The notes under the pieces: generated by a model
What the model was told of the DNA's origin: nothing
The model's input: only the letters and a program-made list of their open reading frames with translations
Database searches by the model: none
Translations under genes and position numbers: made by a program
DNA from: Antedon mediterranea
Taxonomy: Eukaryota; Animalia; Echinodermata
Length of the DNA stretch: 64,000 nucleotides
NCBI RefSeq assembly: GCF_964355755.1
Contig: NC_092678.1
Location: 12,770,352-12,834,351 of the forward strand
Direction: 5' to 3'
Shown here: positions 38,101 through 52,400 of the stretch, piece by piece
Layout of the letters: every line of letters starts with the position of its first letter
Numbering within the stretch: position 1 is the first letter of the stretch

Positions 38101-41100
38101 AAACCACCGTGATCAAGGGAAATAGTTATTGTGTAATTAAAATGTGACACCACCGTAATTAATGGACTCTTCCATAAATGTGTAGCGCTGTGATGCTGCA
38201 TGCTGCTAGAATACACACCCGCGAGTTCAGAGAGTATTACTAGGCCTGGGTAGAATATCTAATGCGTACTGTAATATTAATACAGTCGAGGATGACAATT
38301 TACCTTAGCCTAACTAAAAATTCAATAAACTTGTTACCACACTGTGGTTAGACAGAAGTGAGTAACTAGCTAGGCCTACATTGCAGAGTAGTACACTATT
38401 TTTAATTAATTTAAGTATTAGTAGGTAATTAAATTAATTAGGGTAACATTTAGAGGTCAAATTTGCGTGTCAAAAGTGCGTCTTATACACCGAAATATTC
38501 GGTAGGCCTACGTACACGTACCAATTTAACTCAGCACCATTTTTATTCAAGTTTACACAGTGAAATTCTTTGGTTTAATGAAAAATTTTTCCAGGAAAAA
38601 AATAAAAATCCCCAAAAAGATTGAACTGAACTGAACGTGATCTTGTGCGTTCCGAAAAGCCCGGCCGAAGCACGCGATTGGTCAGTCCATTTTTCTGTCA
38701 TATTTATAACCATCATCTCTCAACAATCTCTCGATCTGACGCTCAGCAGTGACTTTGACATCGGACAATCTGTATATTCGATCGATTTAAACATAGTCAA
38801 TAGAAGTAAAATGACCAAAAAATCTGCTATAATTGATAATTAATTGCACGATTTTGGAAGTGGGGCCTTTGTTTTTCAAGGGGGGTTCGCTGGTAAAAGG
38901 GGGGGGGGGGGGGGGTTCGCCCGAACCCCAAAAAACCCCCCTGGCTACGGGCCTGATAAATCCCTACTTCATGCCCTTGATTGTTCTGGTGTCATTCTGT
39001 GCAAATAATATTATACCCAATTTTTTGATGCCAAACCTGTAGATAATGAGTATTTGTTTGCATAATTATTAATTACTGTTTTTAGTTTATCCTTAAATGT
39101 TATCATGACATACGGTATGTCTTGGCATAGTACATAAATAATATTAATGTTATCTACTCTCATCCAATCAGACTTCGAGACGTGTTTTCAAAACCTAGTG
39201 AATAAAACCAATTGATTAAATATCATGTGTCAGTTAGCATACAGCCATTTATACATTCAAACGCTGTCAAAATATGATAACAAATACGTATCATTCTTTT
39301 GTTATTTTGTTTTCAGCATTTTAGTATTCAAAACAAAGTCACAAAGTCATAACTCATAGTAACACCTTCGTAATATGCTAATGATTATGATATTTTATCA
39401 GTTAATGCTTCATTTTTACATTAATTTCTCTATTTTTATTTACCAGTCACATTGTACAAGTGTAATGTTCAACGTCCAGACTGCAGTCGATGTTATTCAA
39501 TGAACACCACTAGGTCTGGACTTGATTGTGTCTGGTGTACTGGAGACCAATGTTCCTACAGTCCATTCTGTTCATCAATTGTGAATGAATGTCCATCACC
39601 TGCCATTATTCAGGTAATTGGAATCATTTTATCTTCCTTCAAAATCCAGCACCCTAGCCTAACTTAAATTTGTTTGAAATGTTGTTTGCTAGTCGCCCTC
39701 TGTTACTATTTCATAGTGTATAATTTACATTAGAGTTATATTTGTGGCAGAAAACATTAATTAGTCTGAAAATTAGGGGAAAAGGTCAACCAAAGAGTAT
39801 AACATGATATTTAAGGAATTTGTTTTTTTTAAATGATTACATCAGTCATGTTTTTTTTTAAATACAGTATCCATCATGCTTAGTTCTAATTATTATTTTC
39901 AGACTCTTCCTATCTCAGTTGCTACAGTAACTACTCAACCTGAACCTGATTTCACAGAGGTCATTGAACTAGTCGGAACTGATTTTGGACAGATTATGTC
40001 AGATATTGACAACATAATGATAGATAACAAAGAATGTGTAATAGTTGCTGATGGATTTAACATAGCTTTACAAAGGTATTTTAAACAAAATTTAATTTAA
40101 CATTAATTATGCAGCACTAAGTCTCTGTACTTGTTTCTGGTGGGATCCTTCTGGCTCTACATAAGCAAAGTGTTACACAGGACCAACGGATTAACATCTC
40201 ATCCGAAAGATGGTGCGCTATATTCATGTAATCCAAGCCGTAAGTTAGAACACAGAGAGATGGCGATTAAACCGTGAACCAAACCTAAGTACAAATCACA
40301 ACTGTAACTTATTAAACATAACATGTATCCTTGCTATTTGATTGGTTGGTTTATTAAGTATCATGTGCCATGCATTATTTCGATCCATCCTCGCAGCCAG
40401 TGTAACTTGGTAAATTATGTATTTTATATTTATTCTTATTTTTTATGTATAATATCAGTAAAAAGTAAATGTTATTGTGTATTATGCACAGTGTGAAATG
40501 TAAAGCTCCTGTGTTTGATAGCGTCTCTCAACGTGACGTCATCATAACTGTTCAAGGAAAGACAAGTGCACCTGTAGTCATACTCTATCAGGTATATTTT
40601 TTTCACTCAAATTTCACAATTGGTTTAATCCTTGCCTTTATGTAGAAGAGTCAACCTTAATCAATATTTTTATATAATTACTAAAGTTATTTTAAAATGT
40701 TTATTCTACAGTAATCATGTATATTTGTTGTAAACTTGTGGTATTCATGATATTAAAATGAACACTAGAACCAGCGAAGAGTGAAGATACATTCACTTAT
40801 TTCTTCTACTTTCACTCTTTTTTCTACTTTCATTCTTTTCTTTTACTTTCACTCTTTCTTCTACTTTCACTCTTTTCTTCTACATTCACTCTTTTCTTCT
40901 CCTTTCACTCTTTCCTTCTAGTTTCACTCTTTTCTTCTACTTTCACTCTTTTCTTCTGCTTTCACTCTTTTCTTTTACTTTCACTATTTTCTTCTACTTT
41001 CAATTTTTTCTTCTACATTCACTCTTTTCTTCTTCTTTCACTCTTTTCTTTTACTTTCACTCTTTTCTTCTACTTTCCATCTTTTCTTCTACATTCACTC

Positions 41101-44100
41101 TTTTCTTCTAGTTTCACTCTTTTCTTCTACTTTCACTCTTTTCTTCTGCTTTCACTCTTTTCTTCTACTTTCACTCTTTCCTTCTACTTTCACTCTTTTC
41201 TTCTACATTCACTCTTTTCTTCTACTTTCACTCTTTTCTTCTACTTTCACTCTTTTCTTTTACTTTCACTCTTTCTTCTGCTTTCATTCTTTTCTTATAC
41301 TTTCACTCTTTTCTTCTACTTTCACTTTTTTCTTCTACATTCACTATTTTCTTCTACTTTCGCTCTTTTCTTCTACTTTAATTTTTACTTCTACTTTCCC
41401 TCTTTTTTTTATACATTCAATCCTGCTAGAACAAGATCAGAGTGAAATTAATACAATTTCATTCTTCTCCTCTACTTTCACACCTGCTAGAACAAGATAA
41501 GAGTGAAATTAATGCAATTTCACTCTTCTCCTATACTTTCACTCCTGCTAGTAAAAGAGAAGGATATTAACAATTTATAAAATAGTTTCCGCTGACCAAT
41601 TTTTATACTATAAATATATTATCTTTTAAACATGTTATTATGCTTGTATAAAAACGTTTGTTTTTTTAAATATTTTTAAAAACAATTATTAATTATATAT
41701 ATAGTAATACCTGTGTTTTATTACTAAACATTTTTCTTTTCATTTTAGAATCCAATTATATCTGAGTTGAGACCAAGGTTTGGCATAAAAGCTGGTGGAA
41801 CTACACTAACATTCAGTGGATCCAATCTGAACACTGGGAATGACATAATGGTATCTATTGATGGAAGTGAATGTTATGTCACAAGGTACGAAATGACATG
41901 TTGTACATTAATTATTTTCTAGTCCAATGATCTTAATGAAGCTGAAGGTTATGTTACAAAATAAATCTTTTTTTGTATATAGATTAAAATGTAGATTATT
42001 ACTACTGCCAAGGAGGTTATATTTTGCAATATTTATTAGACAGATCTTGACCGATTTTAAACCACAGATAGATGTAATGAATACTCCATTACTTTTTAAT
42101 AGCAATCCACACAAGGATCCTAATTCAGGACAATTATTTTACTAATTTTAGAGCGTACTTCAAAAGGATGTATCTTTACCAAATTCTAACCACTGTTGAT
42201 TTATTCTACAGTATCAATGAAAACCAGATGATGTGTACAACATCAAATTATACAACATCTGGAGCTGAAGTTGCAGTAACAGTTACATTTGGAAATGCTG
42301 TTAGAGATGGTCCTACATTTACTTACACTACAAATCCCACAGTGACTGACTTCCAACCAAAACAAGGCATTCAAGCGTAAGAAGACATACTTTATGTTCT
42401 CAATTATAATACATGTATTCATGAATAAATAATAATAACTTTATTGAACAGACGCTTTTAGAACAGCGGCACACGTTTTATAACACGTTTAAAAAAAAAA
42501 AAAAAAGGAAAGGAAATGAATTATACAATAGTGAAAAAGTACAACACTTAACTTTTGATGGAGTATAGGCCTACTGTATAAAAGTATATTTATACATTAT
42601 TATTATTTATGTTCTTGTTAATACTGTATTATTATTATGAACGTTAATTGTAATTTATTTACAGTGGTACTATTTTTATTATTATTTATGTTTTCCTAAT
42701 TATTTTTGTACTTTAGTCTTATTTTTAGTATTTTATTAACATTTTTATCTTAGAAAAAATGGTGGAGTACTGCAAAGTATACACAGCTTCAGTAACAAAC
42801 AATAATTGATTGATCAATAAATTGATTGCCTACCTATTTCATTTCATTTCATTTATTTTGTCTTAGATAAAAAAAAAACAATAGAGGGAGACAGGATTCC
42901 CAAAAGCGAACTAAATCAAACTATCAAGTGGGTCTCCAAAGTGGGTCTGTATCTAAATTGTTCGGACAATCTTTTCTAAACATTCTCCTAAAATTTATGA
43001 TATTAAATAAATATTCAAAATAAAACAAGAAAATGTATATATTTTTAAATAATTTAAGTGTATTGAAATTAAAAATAATAATTTTATTGCAGAGGTGGTC
43101 AAAACATCATAGTGACAGGAACAAATTTCCAATATGTACAGAAAGCACAGATGTTGTTAAATAGTGTATTAACTGAAAATGTAAGATTTAAAATATGAAT
43201 TGATGAATTTCGATTGAAAGAAATAACACTTAGCTACTAATATTAGTGCATACTTACATATGTCCACCATTAAGAACTTGGTAATGTCAATTTATTTACC
43301 ACTTTCTTTTTCAAAATGATTGTATAATTTTGTAGAAATACATATAGGCCTATCGAGGAATATTATATGAAATAATTGGACAGGAAACAAAATAATTTTT
43401 TTCCCAGAACTGTATAATTCTGTCAAATGAGGATATGGATTGTGAAAGTCCACCAGCCGATCTCTCCACACCAGGTAGCAGACGACAGGCAGACCAGGCA
43501 GTTTTAACTTTGACCTTTTCATTTGATGATTTTGTTCCTATATTGAATGGTGATTTCGGATTTTCAGTTTACCCTAATCCAGTTTATTATCTCTTTGATA
43601 ATAAGTCTTCTTACGGAGAGAAAACGGAAGATGGTGACTATAAATATGACAACAAAATTGACGAGTTCATGATTCTGATGGTAATTATAATATGTGAAAT
43701 TTTTTTTATTTGGTTTTGATTTAAGAGTTAGAATTCATCATTGTAAACCATTTAAAGCTGTTCGACATAGTCAGTTGTTGTGGATATGATGCCGATTGGG
43801 CTTCTTTCCAGCCACTTGATGGTTTTGATATTTAGTGTCAGGAAAAGAGTCCTATATTTCTTCTTGTTTAATTTGTAATAACAATTGATATTATTCTGAT
43901 TGCCTGTAAATATTTACAAGGTTTACAATTAAATCTTGCAAAATCGGACCACCAGAAACACTACATCCATAACATCTGAATTGTCATAAACTTATTCAGT
44001 TTCAAATTTCATATATGAAATTCTTATTGGTCAGATGTTTTGCCCAATTCTGACGTAACTGTAAATTCTTCTCATTACAAGTGCGTGAGAAAATAAGTGA

Positions 44101-47100
44101 CCAATACATTCAATACATTGTTACATTGGTTCATATAAAAATGCAATGGCGTTTTAAACTTGATTATAGTTTTGAGAATCAGTATTTTATTTATACCCAA
44201 CATTAAAAAAAACCTGTATTTACATAATAGGGGTCTGACATCAACCTTGCTAGTAATGTTGAGGGTTTTGAAGTATTCATTGGAAGTGTTAAATGCACTG
44301 TAAATTCAATAACACGTACAGTAGTTCTTGTTGAAATACCAGACAAGGAACCTAATCCAGTAGATGTTGAAGATCATCCTATTGTTATGGTAGGTCGTTA
44401 GCTCACTAGATAATACTTTTAATATTATATATAATATTTTTATAATATTCAATATTCCGTAACCAATAATGTCAAAATCACAAATTGTTTTTAAACGAAC
44501 TCATCAACATTGTAATATTAATTTATTTTTATTTTTAAGATGAACTACGTTATTTATGTTCTTCTGTTTTAGTGGCTGTTTAGACTTAGGTTGAATAAGT
44601 AAAACAACGTACAGAACTTAGAGACAAAAAAGTGTTTGTCAAAATCCTATTTTACAAAATTCAAATTTTAGACTTTGATACTTAAAACATTTTTTAATAT
44701 ATTCTTTCTAACATTATTACTACTAGATTGTTTTTAACAAAAAATGTACTACAGAATGTAACCAATGTTAGTGTTTTAATATTGATTGTCTCCAAATAAC
44801 TTTAGATCCGTCATGGAAATCTAAAGTTCACTTTCGGTGCAATAAGATATGTAGGCATTGGATTGTCTACCACCGTCATAATTATTATAATTACGGTTGT
44901 TGTGATTGTGGTTATCACCATTACAATCATACCTGTCTACTGGCGTAGATCAAGAATACTCGACAGACAATTGGAAGAAACAACAGTGAGATTTTTTACA
45001 AAAAGTAAGCTAGAAAGCATTATAGATAAACTCAAACTATTGATATCATAATGGGCTTGAAAAGTAAAAGCTAAATTTGGATATATGAGTGATGGACAAT
45101 TCAACTAACTATTTCTACAAAAAAAACCCACAGAAATTAAGAGTAGTAATTTTACATGAAATTAGACAGATTTTAAATAACTATCGCAAGTCATCTAGAA
45201 ACGAGTTTTAACAAGTTTTTTGTATTAAAATTACCATGTGATCTTCACTAATGATGCATTATTTAGCATAAATACATACATTGGCATGTACCGATGCTCA
45301 ACAAAACAAAATGAGAGTGCCTATATGAATACGCTACTGGTAATCTATTATGCACAAATAATTCAACTGTTTGGAAATTTGTAGTGACGAGTTTAGTGTT
45401 TAGGTACTGTATATAGATGATGATGATAGCATATCGGCATTATAATGAAACAATCAATTACACATTAACCTACATTCAGTATATACTTATAAAGTCAATA
45501 ACTACAATTTAAGTAATTGTTAATAAATTAATTCATATTTAGAAGAAGAAAAAGAAGAGGAGTATCTAGAAATAAATGACGATGATTCAGAAGTAAGGTA
45601 TATGGGCATAGTACATGACGGCAAAATATCAAGAGAATTTAGTCAGAGTAAAGAGCATTATGTACAATGTATGCTGTTTCTGGGATGTGAGATGACTCCA
45701 GTAATGCAAGAAAGTGGATATGTAAGACATTGAACTGCTTTATTGTGGTAACACTACGTTACAAAACATTTTGTATTTGTTAGGATTTTGCAGTATTTAC
45801 ACCATGTCATCCGAAAGGAAGAAAGGAAGTAGGCAAATTGTTTAAAATTAAAATTCTCAACTTCACATAATCTTTTTTTAGAAAATTATAGTTTTACATT
45901 TATTTACGAGAAAACATAATATTATTACTTTTTATATGTTTTTCTTTTTGTGGTATTGTTTTATTATGTTTTTATAGACTGAACTGTTGGAAGATCATCG
46001 AGGTTTACCTGAACTGGATTTGTTTTTGGACGAGAAGTTTCTAATGAAAATAATTAACATTTTAGACAATGACTCATCGTTTACATCTGTACAAAAGTAT
46101 ATTAAAAAAAATTGTAATGATTTTAACAGTTTTAGGTAATAAGTCTATGGTTATGATACAATATCGAGCAATCAGTGTCACTTTTAAGTTACAATGGTTC
46201 ACGTCTAACTTTGTCTATTATATGGTTCTGGTGGCAGAACACGTAAGAAAAACCGTTACAGTCTTTTGCTTACTATAATACTATAATTACTCCTATAATT
46301 AATACAAGGTCTGATCTGTTTTACTTTAGGCAAAACTTTTCCGCTTTATTCTTAATGGCTATGGTTGGTGATGATAAAACAGAATATCTATTTCAGTGAG
46401 TAATACTTAGTATATACCTAATTAATTAACGTATGCAAGAATGAATGCTAGAATTGGCAGCACTAACATGACCCTTAGGGGACAAGATGTAGTTAAAAAG
46501 TGTATTATATAAGTCCACAGTTGCAATGATTGTTTTACAATTTGAAAGTATTATTAACTAATTCTTATGATTATGTTTAATTCTAATATTTAATGTCTAA
46601 TTAAGTATACTTAAACTTAAACATTTTAGTATTATGGATATGCTTCTAAGCAAACATATTGCTAACAAAGTGAAGGTCAAGAAGGTCAAGTTAGCTTTAA
46701 GCAAGTAGGTGAAGTTATTTTGTTTTTTAAAGTTAATTGTAGTACTTATCAATCGGTAATTATCAATTATTGTTCATTATTAACATTACCAACATTTACA
46801 ACGTGTGTTTTTTATATTTTGTTTTTATTTCAACTATCTTTAAAGAGGTTAACCCAGTTTAGCCCAGTGGTTTATCTGAATATCTTTGATATTAATTAAT
46901 ATACCTTTTGTCAAGTTATGACAGTTCATGGTACTTTAGTGACTCAATGTGAAATATATTTCTTACTATTAATGAAATATAATATAGCAATTTACTTATT
47001 ACAGAAACGGCGAAACTGTTATTGAACATTTGATATCTCACATGTTGGCATTATGCATGTATAAATACACAATGGTATGTAAATTAGTTGTATAACTTGA

Positions 47101-49414
47101 CAATTAATTATAAACATATTATTGTTAATAATAACTTAATAGTGTTCTAACAGAGAAGAGAAAAAGTATTTCCTGTTAAATATTATACTTTTATTTGTGT
47201 TAGTTAAACATAATTGAGATGTTCTTTTCTAGATATACAGCAGGTACATGTATATCTTCGTATCTTCAGATAAAAAAAACGTATGGTACTGTGTATAAAC
47301 ATAACACTAATGTGTGTTGTATATTCTACTTGGTTCACTTAAAATTGAATTTTGCAGAAGTATGTATCAGGGCCCCTTTTGCAACTTGTAGATGCTATAA
47401 CTACCAGAATAGATAGTGGTTCGGTAGACGCTGTTCATCATCATTGTCAATATTCTTTAGACGAGAACTGCCTTCTGCCAATTGATGTCACTGGAGAGAA
47501 TATAGTAAGATATCTGTATATGTTTTGGAAACATTTAAGTATATAACACATAACACTGAAGCATAATTGTACTTGCAAACAATTATTTTAATAACTTCTT
47601 AGAGCGCATGACAAATAAATGTGTATATGAAAAAAAAATGTTTAAGAAGGTCAGATAATCCCGCAAATATTGAATTATTAGCCAATCCGATAAATACTGA
47701 ATTTCCACACAAATTCAATAGCATTTTTTTTCTTTTCACTTTAGGATTTGAGTTTGGTAGTTGATGAAGAAAAACAAGAAATTGTGAAAGTAAACAGTTG
47801 TGATACGCTATTTCAAGTAAAACAAAAACTGTTAAATGTTATGTTTAAGGAACAACCTTTTTCAAAAAGACCCAACGTTTCACACGCTCAGTTAGGTGAG
47901 TACAGCAACAAACAAGCAATTTAATTGTATCTTGCTCCTTTATTCTGTAGATTTCAATTAAATACATAATAACCTAATTTATTTTTTAAATCTAGAATGG
48001 AGAATGGATGTAGATCAACGAATTATTTTACAAGATACCGATTTACAGAGAGAAAGAAAACTAAAAACAATTGCAGATTTTGGAGTAATATTACTGTAGT
48101 ATTTTTTGTTTTGTAATAAATTAACTGTTAGAAAAATGTATTAAGCCTATAATAATAGGCTCAATAGACATAGGTTGTGTACAGGCCGGACGCGATTTTT
48201 TTTTTCGTACATAAGTTGGGGACCCCCTCATGAAACGTCACAAAATATACATGAATAATTCATCAGTTAAATTTGTTGATCCGTGTGCACCCAAGCGTAT
48301 AGCAACAAGAAGTGATCTGATTACACAACAACCGCGATACGATTCTTTCTACAATAGGCCTAGGATTCTAGGTCAATTCACGTGATTGCCTTCGCGCACC
48401 TCTTCTTCACACACACGTCCACTATGCAAAATGTGTCGAGGCTAATCGACAGCTAGGCAAGACATTAAACTAAGTAGTAATTGGACATAGCCCAAAGAAA
48501 GCTTAGACCCACAAGAATAAAGAATGTGTATAATTTGTGCACTGTAATTTTTTAATTCTGCTATTTTATTATCAAACAATATGCATGTACTCAAAGGAAC
48601 TTTAAAAATGCGCGTATATGAACACATGAGATGGGAAGATTAGACCCACGAGAATAAAAAATGTATTTTTGTGTAATGTTTATTGTTTAATTTTGCTGAC
48701 TTATTACTCGGACTGTGTCATACCTAACTAACACACACGTCACACACACCAACACAGCTACTACTAGAATAGACATGGGTTTAGAGACTAGTAATTAGGC
48801 CTAATAGTATCATTAGAAACTATAATTTTAACACGTAATTCTTTAGTAATAAATTATATTAAAAACACCATAAACTAAAGGCTGATTATTTCGACAATCC
48901 ACACAAAACGCCGCTATTCTATTATGAAATAATCGCACGCGGCAACCACAGCGGAGATAGGCCTAGAATCGTACCGCACTTGTGTAAACTGTAATCACTT
49001 CGCTATACGCTTGGGTGCACACGGAACAAGAACATTTAGCTGATGAATTATTCATGTTTATTTTGTGACGTTTCATGAGGGGGTCCCCAACTTATGTACG
49101 AAAAAAAAAATCGCAGGCCGGACGTCAGTGGACACAAGCTTAACATGACGCATGCACCTTAACTAATTAATAAAAATACTTTTCTACACCAGCACGTTAG
49201 CAAACAAATAAATCAATCACTAGTCGGATCGTAAATTTGAAAAATAATTTTTTTTTCAGATTCAAAATAATGCAGTGGTAGCGTTTGTAGACGTTTGGAA
49301 GGAAGATATCAACGCGTCAGACCAGTATGATACAATTAAGCAACCAATAGTTGCTAGACATGGTAATAATGATAATATGTATTGGTATACATACTACATT
49401 CCAATTGAACCTTA

Positions 49415-49490
<76 letters not shown>

Positions 49491-52400
49491 CTAATATATT
49501 TCAACTTTTAAAAAAAATCAGTTTCTCCTTATTTTATGTAATTATAATTGTTCAATAATAAATTAATAATATAAAAAAACAAACAATACTGTTTATAAAG
49601 TCACGGTCATTTATACTGAAGATTTCTTATTGGTATTACAACAACAAACAGCTATATTCAGCCAATGAGTGGCAGAATAGACCAATTTATTTGTTGTTGT
49701 TGTTGTTTGTGCTATTGTTTTATTATTGTCTATGATCTAACTTTACTTTTTAAGAAACTAACATCTACCAAACATCAATCAATGCAGATGGCACTTTCCA
49801 CATTGTGAGTGATTCTTGTTCAAATACTTTCAAACATTTACAATCACCATTGATTGAATAAACAACAAACAATTGATATAAATAAATCTTATTGCTTATT
49901 GGACATCTGGTAATGAACTGTGAACTAAATATTCATTTAAGTAGCTTTACGCTAGTCGATAATTTGACTACACATCAGTTACTGTTGGTCGTTTAGGCGT
50001 TCTAGTTAAAAAAAATATATTTAGCATACATTGCTTATCATAACTAGAGACTTGGCAAGTGTAGTTGGTCAGTTTTGATTTTGAAATGGACTTTTTTTAG
50101 TTGGAAGGAAATGTGTACACGGGTGCTTATGATGCAATGGACGGCGAGAAGCCAAATATTGATGAATCCATCTTTGAAAGGTTAACTGAAACTAAGGTAG
50201 GAATAAATAAAAACAACATTTGTTGATTTAAACTATTTTTAAACAGTTGGTTTTTAATAGGATGCAACTTGACGTGCATATGAGACGAATCACTCTAATG
50301 TATCTTGTTATTGGTCAAACTTGTATTGTCCGTCTATTGTGACCTCGAAACTTTTTTATGGGAGTAAACCCGCTTTTATTGTTGTTCTGCATATATCGAA
50401 CATCTTTGGTTTGGTTTTCCTTAATATTTTACAGTAATAAGTATATTATTATCTCTCATGTTCACAGCAAATTTACCAACAGCATGTTGACTCCATAATG
50501 AATAATGTATTCAGCTCATCATCGAACAACATCCACCTACCACTATTTGTTAAATATCTTTTTGATTTTCTGGATAACATGGCGACTAAGCATGGTGTTA
50601 GTATCAATGAATTGAAGATATGGAAAAACAACAGGTATTGAAATTGCAATACATTGTTAGAAAATGATATATTAGGTTTTACTCAAAGCTCACAATGGTG
50701 TATCTACGATTTACATCGAAGAATTGGCTCCTAAGAGGTCTGATTATTTAACATTAAAAGAAACAAGGTTAAGAAATTTAAATTATAAATATTCAAAATT
50801 CAAATTAAAAGTGTAGGCCTAATAATTTATGTTTATATATGAGCGTTTATTTCTTCTTTTATAATGAGCATTTTTCAAATTACGATACAAAATTTCAATA
50901 TCAGCATGTTATTTCTTCCATTTTTCATACAATATAATCAAAATAGCAAGAAAAACCAGAAGTGGACTAGATCAATAATCATATTTTTATCCTTTTTTAG
51001 TTTAGCAGAAATGTTTTGGTTAAGCATTCTGAGAAACCCTGCTTATGTCTGTGACATTCAACAAACGCCCACTATTGATATTACTCTCGGTGTCATCTCT
51101 GCTGTTTTCCGAGAATCTTGGTCAATTGAGCTGTTTGGTTTTAAAAAGGTAAAACGCAAAAGTCAATGTATTTATTTTTGTATTGTATGGCTGCGTATTT
51201 TAATGTGCGACGACATCTTACCGAGACCGTTTAATGAATATCAGTTTACTACTTTAGCTTCTGTTCAGAATCATATTTGTTCATATTATTGTTTTAGTTT
51301 TATATTTGCACGATTTTGTTGAAATTAAGAACTAACTGTAGACCTACAGTTTGTCCAAATCTGAAATATCATAAATACACTTTGTTTAGATTATTTGGAT
51401 TCGAAACCGTCACATTCGCTTCACTCTTTATTCATATAGACCACCCTACAGTTTCAAAATTATAATTAATATATATATTTTTATACATATTATATCATGC
51501 AAGCAGTTACAAGCTACCGTACTGAGTTTTAATAATTATTTTGTAATATTTTATTAGTCATTTAATTTAAAAGTCATGCCAAGTTTGTTCTTTAGTGCTT
51601 TTTTAACTTTCATTTTTTTATTTCAAAGAATTCACCAAGTCATCGACAGATGTATGTAAAAGAGATTCCACGATACCGCCAACTTGTTACTAAGTTCTAT
51701 AGTGACATCAAGCATACCCCAACGTGTGATCGCATGAACGTTATCGATGAAGTAACTTCTCTTATACAGGTATGTACAAAGACTATCGATATTGCTATTT
51801 TTCAAAGAAACTAATAGGTTGAGGCATATGTCAATAATACAAACATTGAAAGAAATATGGTAAAACAATCTTTTTATTCTCAGCCATTTAGCACATTGTT
51901 TAAGAAGTCGAGTGTGTTAGTGAATCTTCATTCATTTTCAGATAAATATTTAAGAGAGGTAAATATAAATAAATTATATACAGATATTTTGATAGTGTAC
52001 CAGCAGAAAAAGATTTACTGATCTATACACGTCGGCTTTACTATACTGTACTATTCAGTTAAACAAATAGTGAACAACTAGAGTATTACAATCAAAAAAT
52101 CTTTCATGTATTAACATTTAAAAAAAAGCCTTCAATTTTATTATCGGATTTACCTATACCAAATAAAAATACAAAATTATTACATGTATCTTAGTAAAAT
52201 AATGTGCATTTCCCGAGCCAACATCATTGTGCCCCTAACATATATCATTTGAGTAAACGTTGTATTAAATATTTTAATATTTTAATTAAATATCAGGTTA
52301 AAGACGCATTCCTTAAAGGTACAAATAGAAATGAAAGTACTGTTGAAGTTTTTACAACAAAAGTAAGTAAGTCTTCGTCGTCGTCGAAGGAACAAGCAGC

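Noticed and set aside
43470-43495. Plexin-B-type furin site (GSRRQA)
   Set aside because: Does not match RxxR, so it cannot support cleavage or a Plexin-B assignment.
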